From an uncultured Chthonomonadaceae bacterium (GTDB lineage Bacteria; Armatimonadota; Chthonomonadetes; Chthonomonadales; Chthonomonadaceae): a stretch of DNA of 58,544 nt. The stretch spans positions 1 to 58,544 of the forward strand of contig CAWIEK010000064.1 of the NCBI GenBank assembly GCA_963835065.1, given 5' to 3'. Below the pieces are notes generated by a model. It ran no database searches. It was not told where the DNA came from and worked only from the letters and a program-made list of their open reading frames with translations. Shown here in pieces: positions 32,076 to 41,495 of this stretch. A program made the translations under genes and the position numbers. The stretch's first letter is position 1. Every line of letters begins with the position of its first letter.

Positions 32076-32627
32076 ATGATTGCAAACCTACGCGCCACTT
32101 TGCAGGACTTGTATGCCGTGCCGGAAAACGGCAAAGCTGAACTTGTAGACGGAGAATTGCAGATCATGTGTCCAACAGGTATCATTCCGGGGCGGGCATC
32201 CATGAAAATCGCTTCCAGCCTGATGCGCCATGAAGAAGAAGTGGGCGGTGGTTACGCCATCCCGGATAATGTTGGCTTTGTGGTACATCTGCCCAACCGC
32301 GAGTCGTTCAGCCCGGACGCGGCGTGGTATGTGGGCGACATCAACAGCATGAAGTTTGCCCAGGCCGCGCCCCGCTTTGCTGTCGAAGTGCGCAGCGAAA
32401 ACGACTATGGCCCGGCAGCGGAACTGGCGATTACGCAGAAGATACGCGACTACTTTGCGGCGGGAACGCTGGTGGTGTGGGACGCCGACCTGCAAGGCGA
32501 GGACGTGATCAAGAAGTACAGCACAGGACAGCCGGACACGCCCATCCTCTACAAGCGCGGCGACATAGCCGATGCCGAGCCTGCCGTTGCCGGATGGCGC
32601 TTTCCCGTTGACAACCTCTTCCGGTAA
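32076..32627 (+). CDS. Uma2 family endonuclease
   Basis: KAELVDG, FSPDAAW, PRFAVEVRS and DYFAAGTLVVW; GGAGG RBS. Confidence 0.92.
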   Translation: MIANLRATLQDLYAVPENGKAELVDGELQIMCPTGIIPGRASMKIASSLMRHEEEVGGGYAIPDNVGFVVHLPNRESFSPDAAWYVGDINSMKFAQAAPRFAVEVRSENDYGPAAELAITQKIRDYFAAGTLVVWDADLQGEDVIKKYSTGQPDTPILYKRGDIADAEPAVAGWRFPVDNLFR

Positions 32628-32687
32628 AGTTTCCTGTTCCGTCCGCATCCATAAAACATGCAGGCAAAAAATAATTTTGCTGCGCCC

Positions 32688-32718
32688 TTGACCCTTACGT
32701 TACGTTATGCCGTACACT
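32688..32718 (+). promoter_or_regulatory. MerR-type promoter with 19-bp spacer (autoregulatory)
   Basis: TTGACC-N19-TACACT with an ACGT-containing dyad in the spacer, upstream of the MerR gene. Confidence 0.7.
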
Positions 32719-32741
32719 CCACAGTGAAAGGAGACGAACCT

Positions 32742-33571
32742 CTGGCAACACGCTTTTATTCTATCGGCGCCTTCGCCGCCAAAGCCTGCGTGTCCCTGCG
32801 AACCCTGCGCTATTACGACGCTGTAGGCTTGCTGTCGCCTTCACAGCATACGGATGCGGGCTACCGGCTGTATTCGGAAGCCGACCTGCTCACCTTACAG
32901 CACATTCTGGCGCTAAAATTTCTCGGCTTTTCGCTGGAAGAAATCAAGCAGTGTTTGCGCCGCGAACCGCAGGAACTAACAACCCTGCTGACGCGCCAGA
33001 AAGCCATGCTGCGCGACAAGAAGCGGCAGATTGATTTAATCCTCAAAGCCATCGAACAGGCCGAAGCGCATTTGGAAACGGGACAGCACAATTGGGAAAG
33101 CATTGCCGGAGTGATCGTACAGATTCAAATGGAACAAAAAACGGAGTGGATGCACAAGTATTTCAACGACGCGCAGTTGCAAAAAATGGACGAACTGCAC
33201 CATGCGTCATATTCGCCGGACGCGCAGGCGAAACTGCAAGCGCGGGGCGCGTGGACGGAAGCGGATCAGGAACGCGCCAATCAGCAATGGACGTATCTGG
33301 CTTCCGAATCGCAAAGCCTGTCGGCAGACGGAGCCGACCCTGCGGGAAAGAAGCGCAGGCGCTTGCCCGATTGAAAAGCGAATTGCTGTTCGGCTTTACG
33401 CAGGGCGACCCCGATGTGGAAGCGGGCCTGAAGACGTTCTGGGACAGCCACAACGCGCTTCCCAAAGATGAGCAGCCGCTTGCCTCCCTCGTTCCCGACA
33501 TGGACGACGCGGGCAGCCGGTTTTTGGATGAGGCCATTGCCATCTACAACGAGCGTCAACAGGAGAGTTAG
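32742..33571 (+). CDS. MerR family regulator (TipA/Mta-like; frameshift near 33345)
   Basis: YSIGAFA...SLRTLRYYDAVGLLSP...GYRLYS...LGFSLEEIK; the TipAS-like C-terminus continues in ORF 33092..33571. Confidence 0.88.
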
Positions 33572-33596
33572 TAGTCCATCAAGGTAGAAGAGTTAG

Positions 33597-33655
33597 GTAG
33601 GGGCGTTGCTTGCTGCGCCCTCGTTTGAGGAGGGTTCAGCAAGCAGAACCCCTAC
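33597..33655. repeat. REP doublet (GTAGGGGC...CCCCTAC)
   Basis: GTAGGGGCGTTGCTTGCTGCGCCC and an inverted partner ending AACCCCTAC, between convergent genes. Confidence 0.7.
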
Positions 33656-33824
33656 AACGTACTCTACCGTTCTACTGCGATAGGCGTTCCGCCAACTGTC
33701 CTGCGGACAGAACTCCCTAACGGCAGACAAACGTGTCCGCAGGACATTTAGCCGCAGGCTCATAGCAAAGGAATTCATTCCGTTGAACCTATTGGCAGAA
33801 CACAGTATCAACATCAAAACTGCA

Positions 33825-35470
33825 TTAAGCCGTCTCCAAAACAAACGTGAGGAAGGCAGCCAGCTGCTTTGTCGTTTGCGCAGTGGCCGGGGCGCAGTCT
33901 GCAACGCGCCCACGCCCGCCGTGCCGAACGGATGCTCTGTGGACGCGGCGGGATAGGCATACACGCCTGCGCTCTCCGTGTCCGCTTCCCCAAATCCTGC
34001 TTTCGCTTCCCCAGGCGGCTGTCCGGCAAACAAGCACCATGCCGCCTGCACGGGAGCCTCCACGCGGCGCGAACGGGAACCACGCCGCACAATGGCGTCC
34101 GTATAGGCATGCATTTTGTTTACATCCTCCTGCGCGTCCTCACCCTGCGCATACACCTTAAACTTTGGGTCAAGGATACACAACTTCCCATCCCAATGCA
34201 GCGCCATATCCGGCTGCATGGCATGAGAACGCGAACAAAACACAAAATTGCTTTCGTTTTCCTTCCTCTGCCCTGCCCCTTGATTGGCACTGGAAAACAG
34301 GGGCTGATAGTACAAAGATAATGATGAGTGATGAGTGATGAGTGATGAATCCATTTTCGATTGACGATTGACGATTGACGATTGACGAATGGCAGTCTTC
34401 TGTCTTCTGTCTTCTGTCTTCTTCTCTTCTGTTCCCTGTTCCCTGTTCCCTGTCCCCTCCTCTTCTTTTCTTTCACCTACCCATCGAAACTCCAACCGGG
34501 ACGCGCGGCCTCGGGCGGGAACGAGGCGCAGGCCGTTTGGGGTGGCTTGCAGCAGGGGGCCGCGCGTTAATTGCCAGCCGGATTGGTGCAGGGCGGCGGC
34601 TACTTGCAGCAAACACCAGATTTCGTATAAGTGCCAGGGTTCCAGGGCGGGAAGCGTCAGCAGGGGGCTGCGCGTCCAGTCGAAGTCGAGCGGATGATGG
34701 AGTTGCCGCCAGGCGCGGTAAAGGGTTTGGTAGGGCAAGGCGCAGCGCAGGATTTGGCTTGCGCATTGGGATGGCGACATTTCGCTGGCGGCAAGAACGG
34801 GGCAATCGCGCAGGGTGGGATGGGAGCGCAAGGTTCGCGCTTCCCGCGTCACCTGCAAGGCGGCTTCCATTTCGGGCTGCGCGTCGCAGAACGCCGCCAA
34901 CCGTCCTAACTCTACAGCCTCATGGATGAAATCGTTCAGGATGTGAACAGCCAGGCGATTGGCCCAGGTGTTTGTGGTGGGCGTGGAACGGGTTTCCAAT
35001 ATGGTTTCGGGCGCCGGGAAACGAGCAGTACCGGCAGCCGGCAGCGACTGCCAGGCGGCGGCAAGGCATGGCGACTGCGCGATGGTGTCGGCTGCCTTTG
35101 GCCCGCCCCGCGCCTGCGCCAACAGTACGGATTGCGCCTGCTGCGCCAACCGCGAATCGGCTCCGTTCAGGATGGCCGCAAGCGCGCTTTGCTGCTGCCG
35201 CCACAGCGCGCGCAGTAAATGCAGCCGTTCCAGTGGCGATACAATGGCCCTGTCGCGCGAACGGGGAGAGGCGGAAGCGGAAATGACCGTTGCTTTCTGC
35301 CGCGCCCCTGCTTCTTCCCCCTTTGATTCCTTTGACGCGGGCTGACTCAGGGTGTAGGCAATATGCCCGATGTCTTCCAGCAGCGTCCGGCGCTCACCCG
35401 GCGATAAACACGCGCTGCCCTCTGTTTTGCGGTTGTCTTCCTCTGTTTGCGACATTCCCTGCTTTCCCAA
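33825..35470 (-). CDS. DUF2357 / PD-(D/E)XK nuclease domain protein (McrC-like)
   Basis: LYEIWCL, MQPDMAL...ILDPKFK and DVNKMHAYTDAI; probable frameshift near 33890; in-frame heptamer-array insert. Confidence 0.75.
34320..34456. repeat. Four consecutive different heptamer arrays inside a CDS
   Basis: (TGATGAG)n, (TTGACGA)n, (TCTTCTG)n and (TGTTCCC)n, each about 3-4 units. Confidence 0.9.
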
Positions 35471-35744
35471 TGGCCTTGCTGCCTGCTTTTATTTCGGATA
35501 GTACGCGAAAATCAACGATTTTACGGTGTTTCCGCTTAAATAGGAGGAACATGGGGGCGCGGCATACAATCATACCGGAGTAATCCTGCCGATATTATCA
35601 GCCAATGATGTAGTTACGGTTCCCGAAGACCGGCTGAATGACATTCGCGGACTTGCCAGACGTTTCGATGCCCCCGTATGGCATGTTGACAAACAAGGCC
35701 GGCGTTAATGTTTCGGCATCTTATACTCAGGATGGAGAAATCCG

Positions 35745-36875
35745 ATGCGCCCACATAACGATCCCGACGTGCTTTCGCAGGCCCTTGCGGAGCCGTCGCG
35801 CCGCGCCCTGCTGGAAAATCTGCGCTATGGGCAAAAGACCGTCACGCAGTTGGTGGAAGCGACCACGCTCAAGCAGCCGAACGTGTCCAACCATCTGGCG
35901 AAAATGAAGCAGCAGGGTATTGTACGGGCGGAACGCATGGGGCGTCAAGTGTATTACTCGCTTTCTGCGCCCTTTGCGGACGTTTTAATGCGGATGCACG
36001 AGATTGCGGCCAACCCCGTTGTTGAAATTGCCGCGCCGCTGCAATCGCCTCTAAAAGTAATAAGCAACGATAAAGCAGGGCAGTCAACGCAAAAAGAACA
36101 AGCCTCCTTCCACGCGCTCATCGGCAGCGCTCCGGCACATTCTCCCCGTGAGGGAGAGTACCATGCGCCCCGGCCTTCTGCCGAAGAAGATTCGGGAGCA
36201 AGCGCCGATTTCCTGCATCCGTATCGGGACGCCTATTTTCGGGCGATGATGGCCGGCGACGAAGAGCAGGCCGTCACCTTAGTCAACGCTCTTGTCGCGC
36301 AGCGCCTGCCGCTGGAAACCATTTATACGGAAGTGTTCGCCAAAAGCATCAATGACATCGGGGAATTGTACCGGCAGGGCATTACCGATGAGGCGCACGA
36401 ACACATGGCATCGGCCATTATGGAGCGCATGATGGCGCGGGTGGCGCAGTTTTATACCCCCGTTGCCCGCGTCTCGTGCCGCGCCCTGCTCGGATGCGTT
36501 GCCGGTAACTGGCACATGCTCGGACTGCGGATGCTGGCGGACGGGCTGAAAACGCTGGGCTGGGAAACCATCTTTTTGGGAGCCAATGTGCCGACCGTCA
36601 GTTTCATTTCCATGGCGCAGGCTGTGAAGCCTGATCTTGTAATTGTATCCTGCGCAATGCAGGAACAGGCGGAAGCGGCGCATGACCTGCTGACCCAACT
36701 CGCGCTGATACGCCAGAAAGAAGTCCAATCCCCTTTTCAAATCGCGGCAGGCGGGCACTACTTTCTCGAACACGCCGAGGGCATAACGCGCCTGCCCATT
36801 GACTTTACCGCCGCCGACTTACGCCAATTCCTGGACCAGATTAAATACCGCTTTCCCGAACAGCCTGTTGCCTGA
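35745..36875 (+). CDS. ArsR-HTH regulator fused to a cobalamin-binding module
   Basis: ALAEPSRRALL...QPNVSNHLAKM...GRQVYYS; cap domain IGELY...AHEHMAS; Rossmann GNWHMLGLRM...FLGANVP...PDLVIVS...AGG. Confidence 0.85.
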   Translation: MRPHNDPDVLSQALAEPSRRALLENLRYGQKTVTQLVEATTLKQPNVSNHLAKMKQQGIVRAERMGRQVYYSLSAPFADVLMRMHEIAANPVVEIAAPLQSPLKVISNDKAGQSTQKEQASFHALIGSAPAHSPREGEYHAPRPSAEEDSGASADFLHPYRDAYFRAMMAGDEEQAVTLVNALVAQRLPLETIYTEVFAKSINDIGELYRQGITDEAHEHMASAIMERMMARVAQFYTPVARVSCRALLGCVAGNWHMLGLRMLADGLKTLGWETIFLGANVPTVSFISMAQAVKPDLVIVSCAMQEQAEAAHDLLTQLALIRQKEVQSPFQIAAGGHYFLEHAEGITRLPIDFTAADLRQFLDQIKYRFPEQPVA

Positions 36876-37008
36876 GCGTCCAATCGTTAAGGCGCGTGGT
36901 TTTTGGCAGGGAAAGCCTGCTAAATATGTCAGTGTAAGCGCTTTATCCGCGCGCAAAGTCTAGTCTGACTAGACAGAAAAAATAATTCATAAATTTTTTC
37001 CAAACCCC

Positions 37009-37037
37009 TTGTCAAATCTGGCTGACAGTGTTATAAT
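37009..37037 (+). promoter_or_regulatory. Near-consensus sigma70 promoter
   Basis: TTGTCA-N17-TATAAT preceded by an AT-rich UP-like tract. Confidence 0.7.
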
Positions 37038-37196
37038 AAGACTGTACAAAGCAACGGGGCAAGACAAACGGTTTTCCCGGCGCTTTTACCAAATTTCCAG
37101 ACGTGCTATTCCGACGCGGGGGGCGTCCGGCGTAGCCGAAGCCTTTATGGAAACAGGCCACTCAGGGAGATAGCCTGCTACTGTAAAGGAGAATAA

Positions 37197-37233
37197 GGGC
37201 GAGACGACTTCTGGGGGGAATGTCGTCTCGCCC
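37197..37233 (+). terminator. Strong hairpin in the ABC ATPase leader
   Basis: 12-bp stem GGGCGAGACGAC / GTCGTCTCGCCC; weak U-tract. Confidence 0.45.
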
Positions 37234-37379
37234 GCCATTCGTTTGGGAAGGTTTCAGGTGTCAGGTGTCAGGTGTCAGGGGCAATGCTGCTGTTATGCGT
37301 AATATAGCACAAAGCAGTACGCTTTTCCTGACACCTGACACCTGACACCTGAAACCTTCCTCTCTGGTATACTACTGCC

Positions 37380-38246
37380 ATGATGCGATTGGAAGCGCGG
37401 GAAGTGACGGGCGGGTATGGGAGCCGGGACGTGGTGCGGGGCGTGAGTCTGGCCTGCGCGTCCGGGGAGTTCGTTGGCCTGATTGGGCCGAACGGCTGCG
37501 GCAAGTCCACCTTGCTGCGCCTGCTGTCGGGCATCTTGCGTCCGCGGCAGGGCGCGGTTTGGCTGGAAGAGCGCGTCCTGACCTCGTTTACGGCGCGGGA
37601 AATTGCGCGGCGTATGGCGTTTGTGCCGCAGGAAGAAAAAGCCGCCTTCGAGTTTACCGTGCAGGATGTGGTCTTGATGGGACGGTTTGCGCACCGCGCA
37701 GGGCTGCGCGGGCCGAACAGCGAGGATTACGCGATTGTGGAACGCGCGCTGACGGCGCTGGACGTCGGGCATCTGAAAGCGCGTTCCATCACGGAATTGT
37801 CGGGGGGCGAGCATCGGCGCGTCCTGCTGGCGCGAGGATTGGCGCAGCAAACGCCCCTATTGCTGCTGGACGAGCCGACCGCGCATTTGGACATAACCCA
37901 TCAGGCGGAACTGCTGGAGCAAACGCGCGGCCTGACCCACGACCCCGTGAATCCCATCGGCGCATTGGCCGCGCTTCACGATCTCAATCAGGCGGCGGAA
38001 TTTTGCGACCGGCTGGTTTTGATGCACGAAGGCCGGGTGCTGGCGCAGGGAACGCCGGATGAGGTTTTACAGCCCGATGGTCTGCGCATCGCTTATCAGG
38101 GTGAAGCGCAGGTAGGCCGCAATCCCGTCACGGGTCGCCCCATGCTGTTCGCCCTGCGCCCCCTCCGCGCTCCTCTCACGGCGCAATTGTCCGATTCATC
38201 CTCCGAAGCAACAAAAAATGAAGCGAAACCGGTAATCAGCCCGTAA
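37380..38246 (+). CDS. ABC transporter ATP-binding protein (iron-complex/cobalamin, FepC/BtuD-like)
   Basis: GPNGCGKST, LSGGE, LLLDEPTAHLD and HDLNQA. Confidence 0.92.
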   Translation: MMRLEAREVTGGYGSRDVVRGVSLACASGEFVGLIGPNGCGKSTLLRLLSGILRPRQGAVWLEERVLTSFTAREIARRMAFVPQEEKAAFEFTVQDVVLMGRFAHRAGLRGPNSEDYAIVERALTALDVGHLKARSITELSGGEHRRVLLARGLAQQTPLLLLDEPTAHLDITHQAELLEQTRGLTHDPVNPIGALAALHDLNQAAEFCDRLVLMHEGRVLAQGTPDEVLQPDGLRIAYQGEAQVGRNPVTGRPMLFALRPLRAPLTAQLSDSSSEATKNEAKPVISP

Positions 38247-38480
38247 ATGACTTAGGAGCGCGGTATTGTAACTGCGCCAGACCTACCCGGACGGTATACT
38301 TTATCGCATAATCGGCAGAAATGATGTATGATATTCTCAGGGCCGATTCGCTGTTTCCAGTTGTCTCGGCGCTATAGCAACCCTGCATCCATCCGTTTCA
38401 ATGCTGATCATGGCGTTGATTTCATTGTTTTCTGTTTTTCTTGTTTTCCCTTGTTCCCATCTGTCTAAGGAGACTTTCGC

Positions 38481-39392
38481 ATGTCTATGCTGTCCCTGCG
38501 CGCCAATCGCCGCGCCCTTTCCGTGTGGAGCGCGTTCGCGCTCGTTCCCGTTGTGCTGACCGGCACACTGACCCTCGCGCCCCGAACCTCCCGCGCCATG
38601 CAGGATGCCACTGACGCCAAAAAGGACGATAAAACCTACACCATCGTTCGCGCCTACAAGGCCAACGAACTCAACCACTACAAAATCGGAGCCAACATCA
38701 AAGCCAACGTTCCCACGCAGGGGGAAGTGAACATTGTTTTGACGATGAAGATGAAGGAAACTATAAAAAGCGTCAAGGACGACGGCACGGCAACGGTAGT
38801 CAGCGACTTTGACGAAGCCACTTTCAAAATGAACGATATGGAGAACGAGATTACGTCGGCTCTGCCTGTTATTACGACAACGGTGGACAAGCAGGGGCAT
38901 ATTCTCACCACGAAATTCGAGGGCGGCGACGCGCAATTCACCACCGGGCAGGGCGCGCAAATGTTGAGTGGCCTGAGTCAGCCCGGCCTATACCCTGCCA
39001 AGCCCGTCAAAGTCGGGGAAGCGTGGAAAATAGACACCACGCAGGATAAGAGCGCCAACAAGAACGCGCCGAAAGTCACCGGCACGGCGACGCTCGTGGC
39101 TCTGGAAACCATAGAGGGGATGCAGACCCTGAAGATCAAGACCACAACGGACAGCGACATCAGCACGGATAACCCGTTGAATCCCGGCGAAAAATTGAAC
39201 GTGAAAGCGCATACGGTGGGCATCAGCAACATCGAAGTGACGACGGGCAAGCTCGTCAAAGCCAGCGCTTCCACGGAAAGCGAAGGCGGGCCGTTCGGCA
39301 AGAGCGCCTCCGAACTGTCCTTCGCGCTAGTCAAAGCCGATCCCAGCGCCAAGCCGGAGAAAAAGGCCGACAAAAAGCCTGACGCCAAGTGA
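38481..39392 (+). CDS. Hypothetical secreted beta-rich protein
   Basis: AGGAG RBS, signal peptide and PAKPVKVGEAW motif. Confidence 0.7.
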   Translation: MSMLSLRANRRALSVWSAFALVPVVLTGTLTLAPRTSRAMQDATDAKKDDKTYTIVRAYKANELNHYKIGANIKANVPTQGEVNIVLTMKMKETIKSVKDDGTATVVSDFDEATFKMNDMENEITSALPVITTTVDKQGHILTTKFEGGDAQFTTGQGAQMLSGLSQPGLYPAKPVKVGEAWKIDTTQDKSANKNAPKVTGTATLVALETIEGMQTLKIKTTTDSDISTDNPLNPGEKLNVKAHTVGISNIEVTTGKLVKASASTESEGGPFGKSASELSFALVKADPSAKPEKKADKKPDAK

Positions 39393-39467
39393 AGCTGCAT
39401 AGTTGATAGTTGATAGCTGATAGAGGTGCAGGAACTACGAACTATCAGCATTCTCAAACTCTGGAAC

Positions 39468-39501
39468 AAAGCGCCCGCCACAATGAATTGGCGGGCGCTT
39501 T
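39468..39501. terminator. Bidirectional terminator
   Basis: AAAGCGCCCGCCA / TGGCGGGCGCTTT between convergent genes. Confidence 0.75.
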
Positions 39502-39525
39502 TACATTTGCAATTTAGCCATCAAT

Positions 39526-40488
39526 CTACGAAAGCGGCAGGTGGGTGTCCATGCGCGGGAGGCGTGGAGTTTCCGTCAGATCGTCGGAACCGTCTACGAG
39601 AGAAAGCGGCGTCATGCCGTTGGCGGAAGGCAGCGCGGTGAGCGTGGGGTCGGCGGACAAGGCGTTATCCGGCGCAGGGGCGGCGGGAGCGGAAACGGGC
39701 GGACGCGCATCCACTTTCTGCTGGTGTTCCGAATTGGCGCGTTTCGCCATTTCCACGAACGGCGACAGCAGATCAATGGGAATCGGCAGAATGGTCATGC
39801 TGCTGCGTTCGCTGGCGATTTCGCGCATGGATTGCAGGTAGCGTAACTGCATCGCGCCGGGTTCGCTGCTCATCATCGCCGCCGCCTGCGTCAGCCGCTC
39901 CGCCGCCTGGAACTCGCCCTCCGCGTTAATCACTTTCGCCCGCTTTTCGCGCTCGGCTTCGGCCTGCGCCGCCATTGCCCGCTTCATAGTTTCCGGCAGG
40001 GACACGTCGCGCACTTCCACAGCCGTGACTTTGATGCCGTAGGGTTCCGTCTGCTGGTCAATCACAGCCTGCAAGTGGTGGTTGATGCGGTCGCGCTGGG
40101 ACAGCAGTTCGTCGAGTTCCGCCTGCCCGATGGTGCTGCGCAGGCTGGTTTGCGCAATCAGGCTGGTCGTGCGGGCATAATTTTCGATGTTCAAAATCGC
40201 CATGCGCGGGTCTACCACATTGAACAGCAGAATGGCGTCAACGGTGACGGGCACGTTGTCGCGGGTCATCATCTCCTGCCGGGGCACGTCCAGCGTGACG
40301 ATGCGGGTATCCACGCGGTACGCGCGATCCACCCAGGGCAGCAGAAACACGGGTCCCGGCCCGGCCATGCGGTTGAATTTGCCCAATCGCAGCACAACCG
40401 CCCGTTCCCAGTTGGTCAAAATCTTCAGCGTCGCCGACACGCACATCAGGCCGAACAAAATCCCGAAAATCAATAGAAAAGCTTCCAT
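39526..40488 (-). CDS. SPFH/stomatin (slipin) family protein
   Basis: ERAVVLRLG, TRDNVPVTVDA, AQAEAEREKRAKVINAEGE and QLRYLQ. Confidence 0.93.
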   Translation of the reverse strand: MEAFLLIFGILFGLMCVSATLKILTNWERAVVLRLGKFNRMAGPGPVFLLPWVDRAYRVDTRIVTLDVPRQEMMTRDNVPVTVDAILLFNVVDPRMAILNIENYARTTSLIAQTSLRSTIGQAELDELLSQRDRINHHLQAVIDQQTEPYGIKVTAVEVRDVSLPETMKRAMAAQAEAEREKRAKVINAEGEFQAAERLTQAAAMMSSEPGAMQLRYLQSMREIASERSSMTILPIPIDLLSPFVEMAKRANSEHQQKVDARPPVSAPAAPAPDNALSADPTLTALPSANGMTPLSLVDGSDDLTETPRLPRMDTHLPLS

Positions 40489-40510
40489 TGCGTCCTCCTT
40501 CCACTTTACT

Positions 40511-41281
40511 TTACGTTTGCGTCGGATTATCGGTTTGACTTTCTGCATTGGAGGGCGCGGCAGCGGCTTGCAGCAAGGCTTGCAGCGTGTCCAGTTCGTC
40601 CGGGCGCGGCTCCGTAAGCAGCCAACTCGTTTGCAGCGTCAATCCGGCCAGCGTACTCGATTGCCATGCGCCTGTTGTCAATACTTCCTCGGCGTACTGC
40701 CCTGATTCGTCCTTGCGTACCACGCGCATGCGCTGGCGGGGCATGTCAATGAAAACGATTTCCGCCACGCCCAGAGTGCGATAATCCGACTCGACGGCGA
40801 TCAAATCGGAAGGACGGTCATTGGGCGAGACAATCTCAATAACAAGATCGGGAGGGCCGTAGATGGCGCGTTCGCGGATAATGTTTGACCGCTCCCGCCG
40901 CACAAACAGCAAATCCGGTAAGCGGCCATGATACGCATCGATCTCAACCGCTGTGCGCGATCCAAAAACAACGCCGAGATTGCGTCGCTTTGCAAACAAA
41001 TTCATAATGGGAAAGAGCCATGCGAACAATTTTTCATGTGTGAGTTGTGCGGACATTTTCTCTACCATCACTCCGGCGACCAATTCCATGTCCCGTTTAT
41101 GGGGCATGGAAAAGGAAAGATCGAGGAACGTTTCAAAATCAATTGGCCTGTCGGCACAGCGCACGACGCGACCCTCCACGCTTTCTACTGTTTCCACGTC
41201 TTCTGCTGTTTTCACGCCTTGCGCTATCTTTACGCCTGCCGCAATTTCGCGGGTTTCCAGCGCAGTTAATACATTCGTCAT
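40511..41281 (-). CDS. Uma2 family endonuclease
   Basis: ELVAG, LPDLLFV, PDLVIEIVSP and YRTLGVAE. Confidence 0.88.
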   Translation of the reverse strand: MTNVLTALETREIAAGVKIAQGVKTAEDVETVESVEGRVVRCADRPIDFETFLDLSFSMPHKRDMELVAGVMVEKMSAQLTHEKLFAWLFPIMNLFAKRRNLGVVFGSRTAVEIDAYHGRLPDLLFVRRERSNIIRERAIYGPPDLVIEIVSPNDRPSDLIAVESDYRTLGVAEIVFIDMPRQRMRVVRKDESGQYAEEVLTTGAWQSSTLAGLTLQTSWLLTEPRPDELDTLQALLQAAAAPSNAESQTDNPTQT

Positions 41282-41495
41282 GGTTTCCCCTCCTGTTTCC
41301 AACGCGAGGAATGTCCGCTTGCCAATGCGAGGAATGTTCGCGCTGAGTCGGACGCAGTAACAGTATAGCATGTATCAGATACGCCGCGTTTCTTCCCTTT
41401 ATGCGCCGAACCTGACGTACTGCGTCAACATTCGTTTTAGGCGCGGTTCAGGTACAATCAAATTCAATATAAAGCCTAAAACAGGAGGATACGTT

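Noticed and set aside
34320..34456. CRISPR array in the repeat-rich stretches
   Set aside because: Repeats are contiguous 7-mers without unique spacers, and there are no cas genes in the window.
37040..37240. Canonical cobalamin riboswitch
   Set aside because: GCCACT and ACTGTAA fragments are present but in the wrong order, and the conserved GGGAA/B12-box core is missing.
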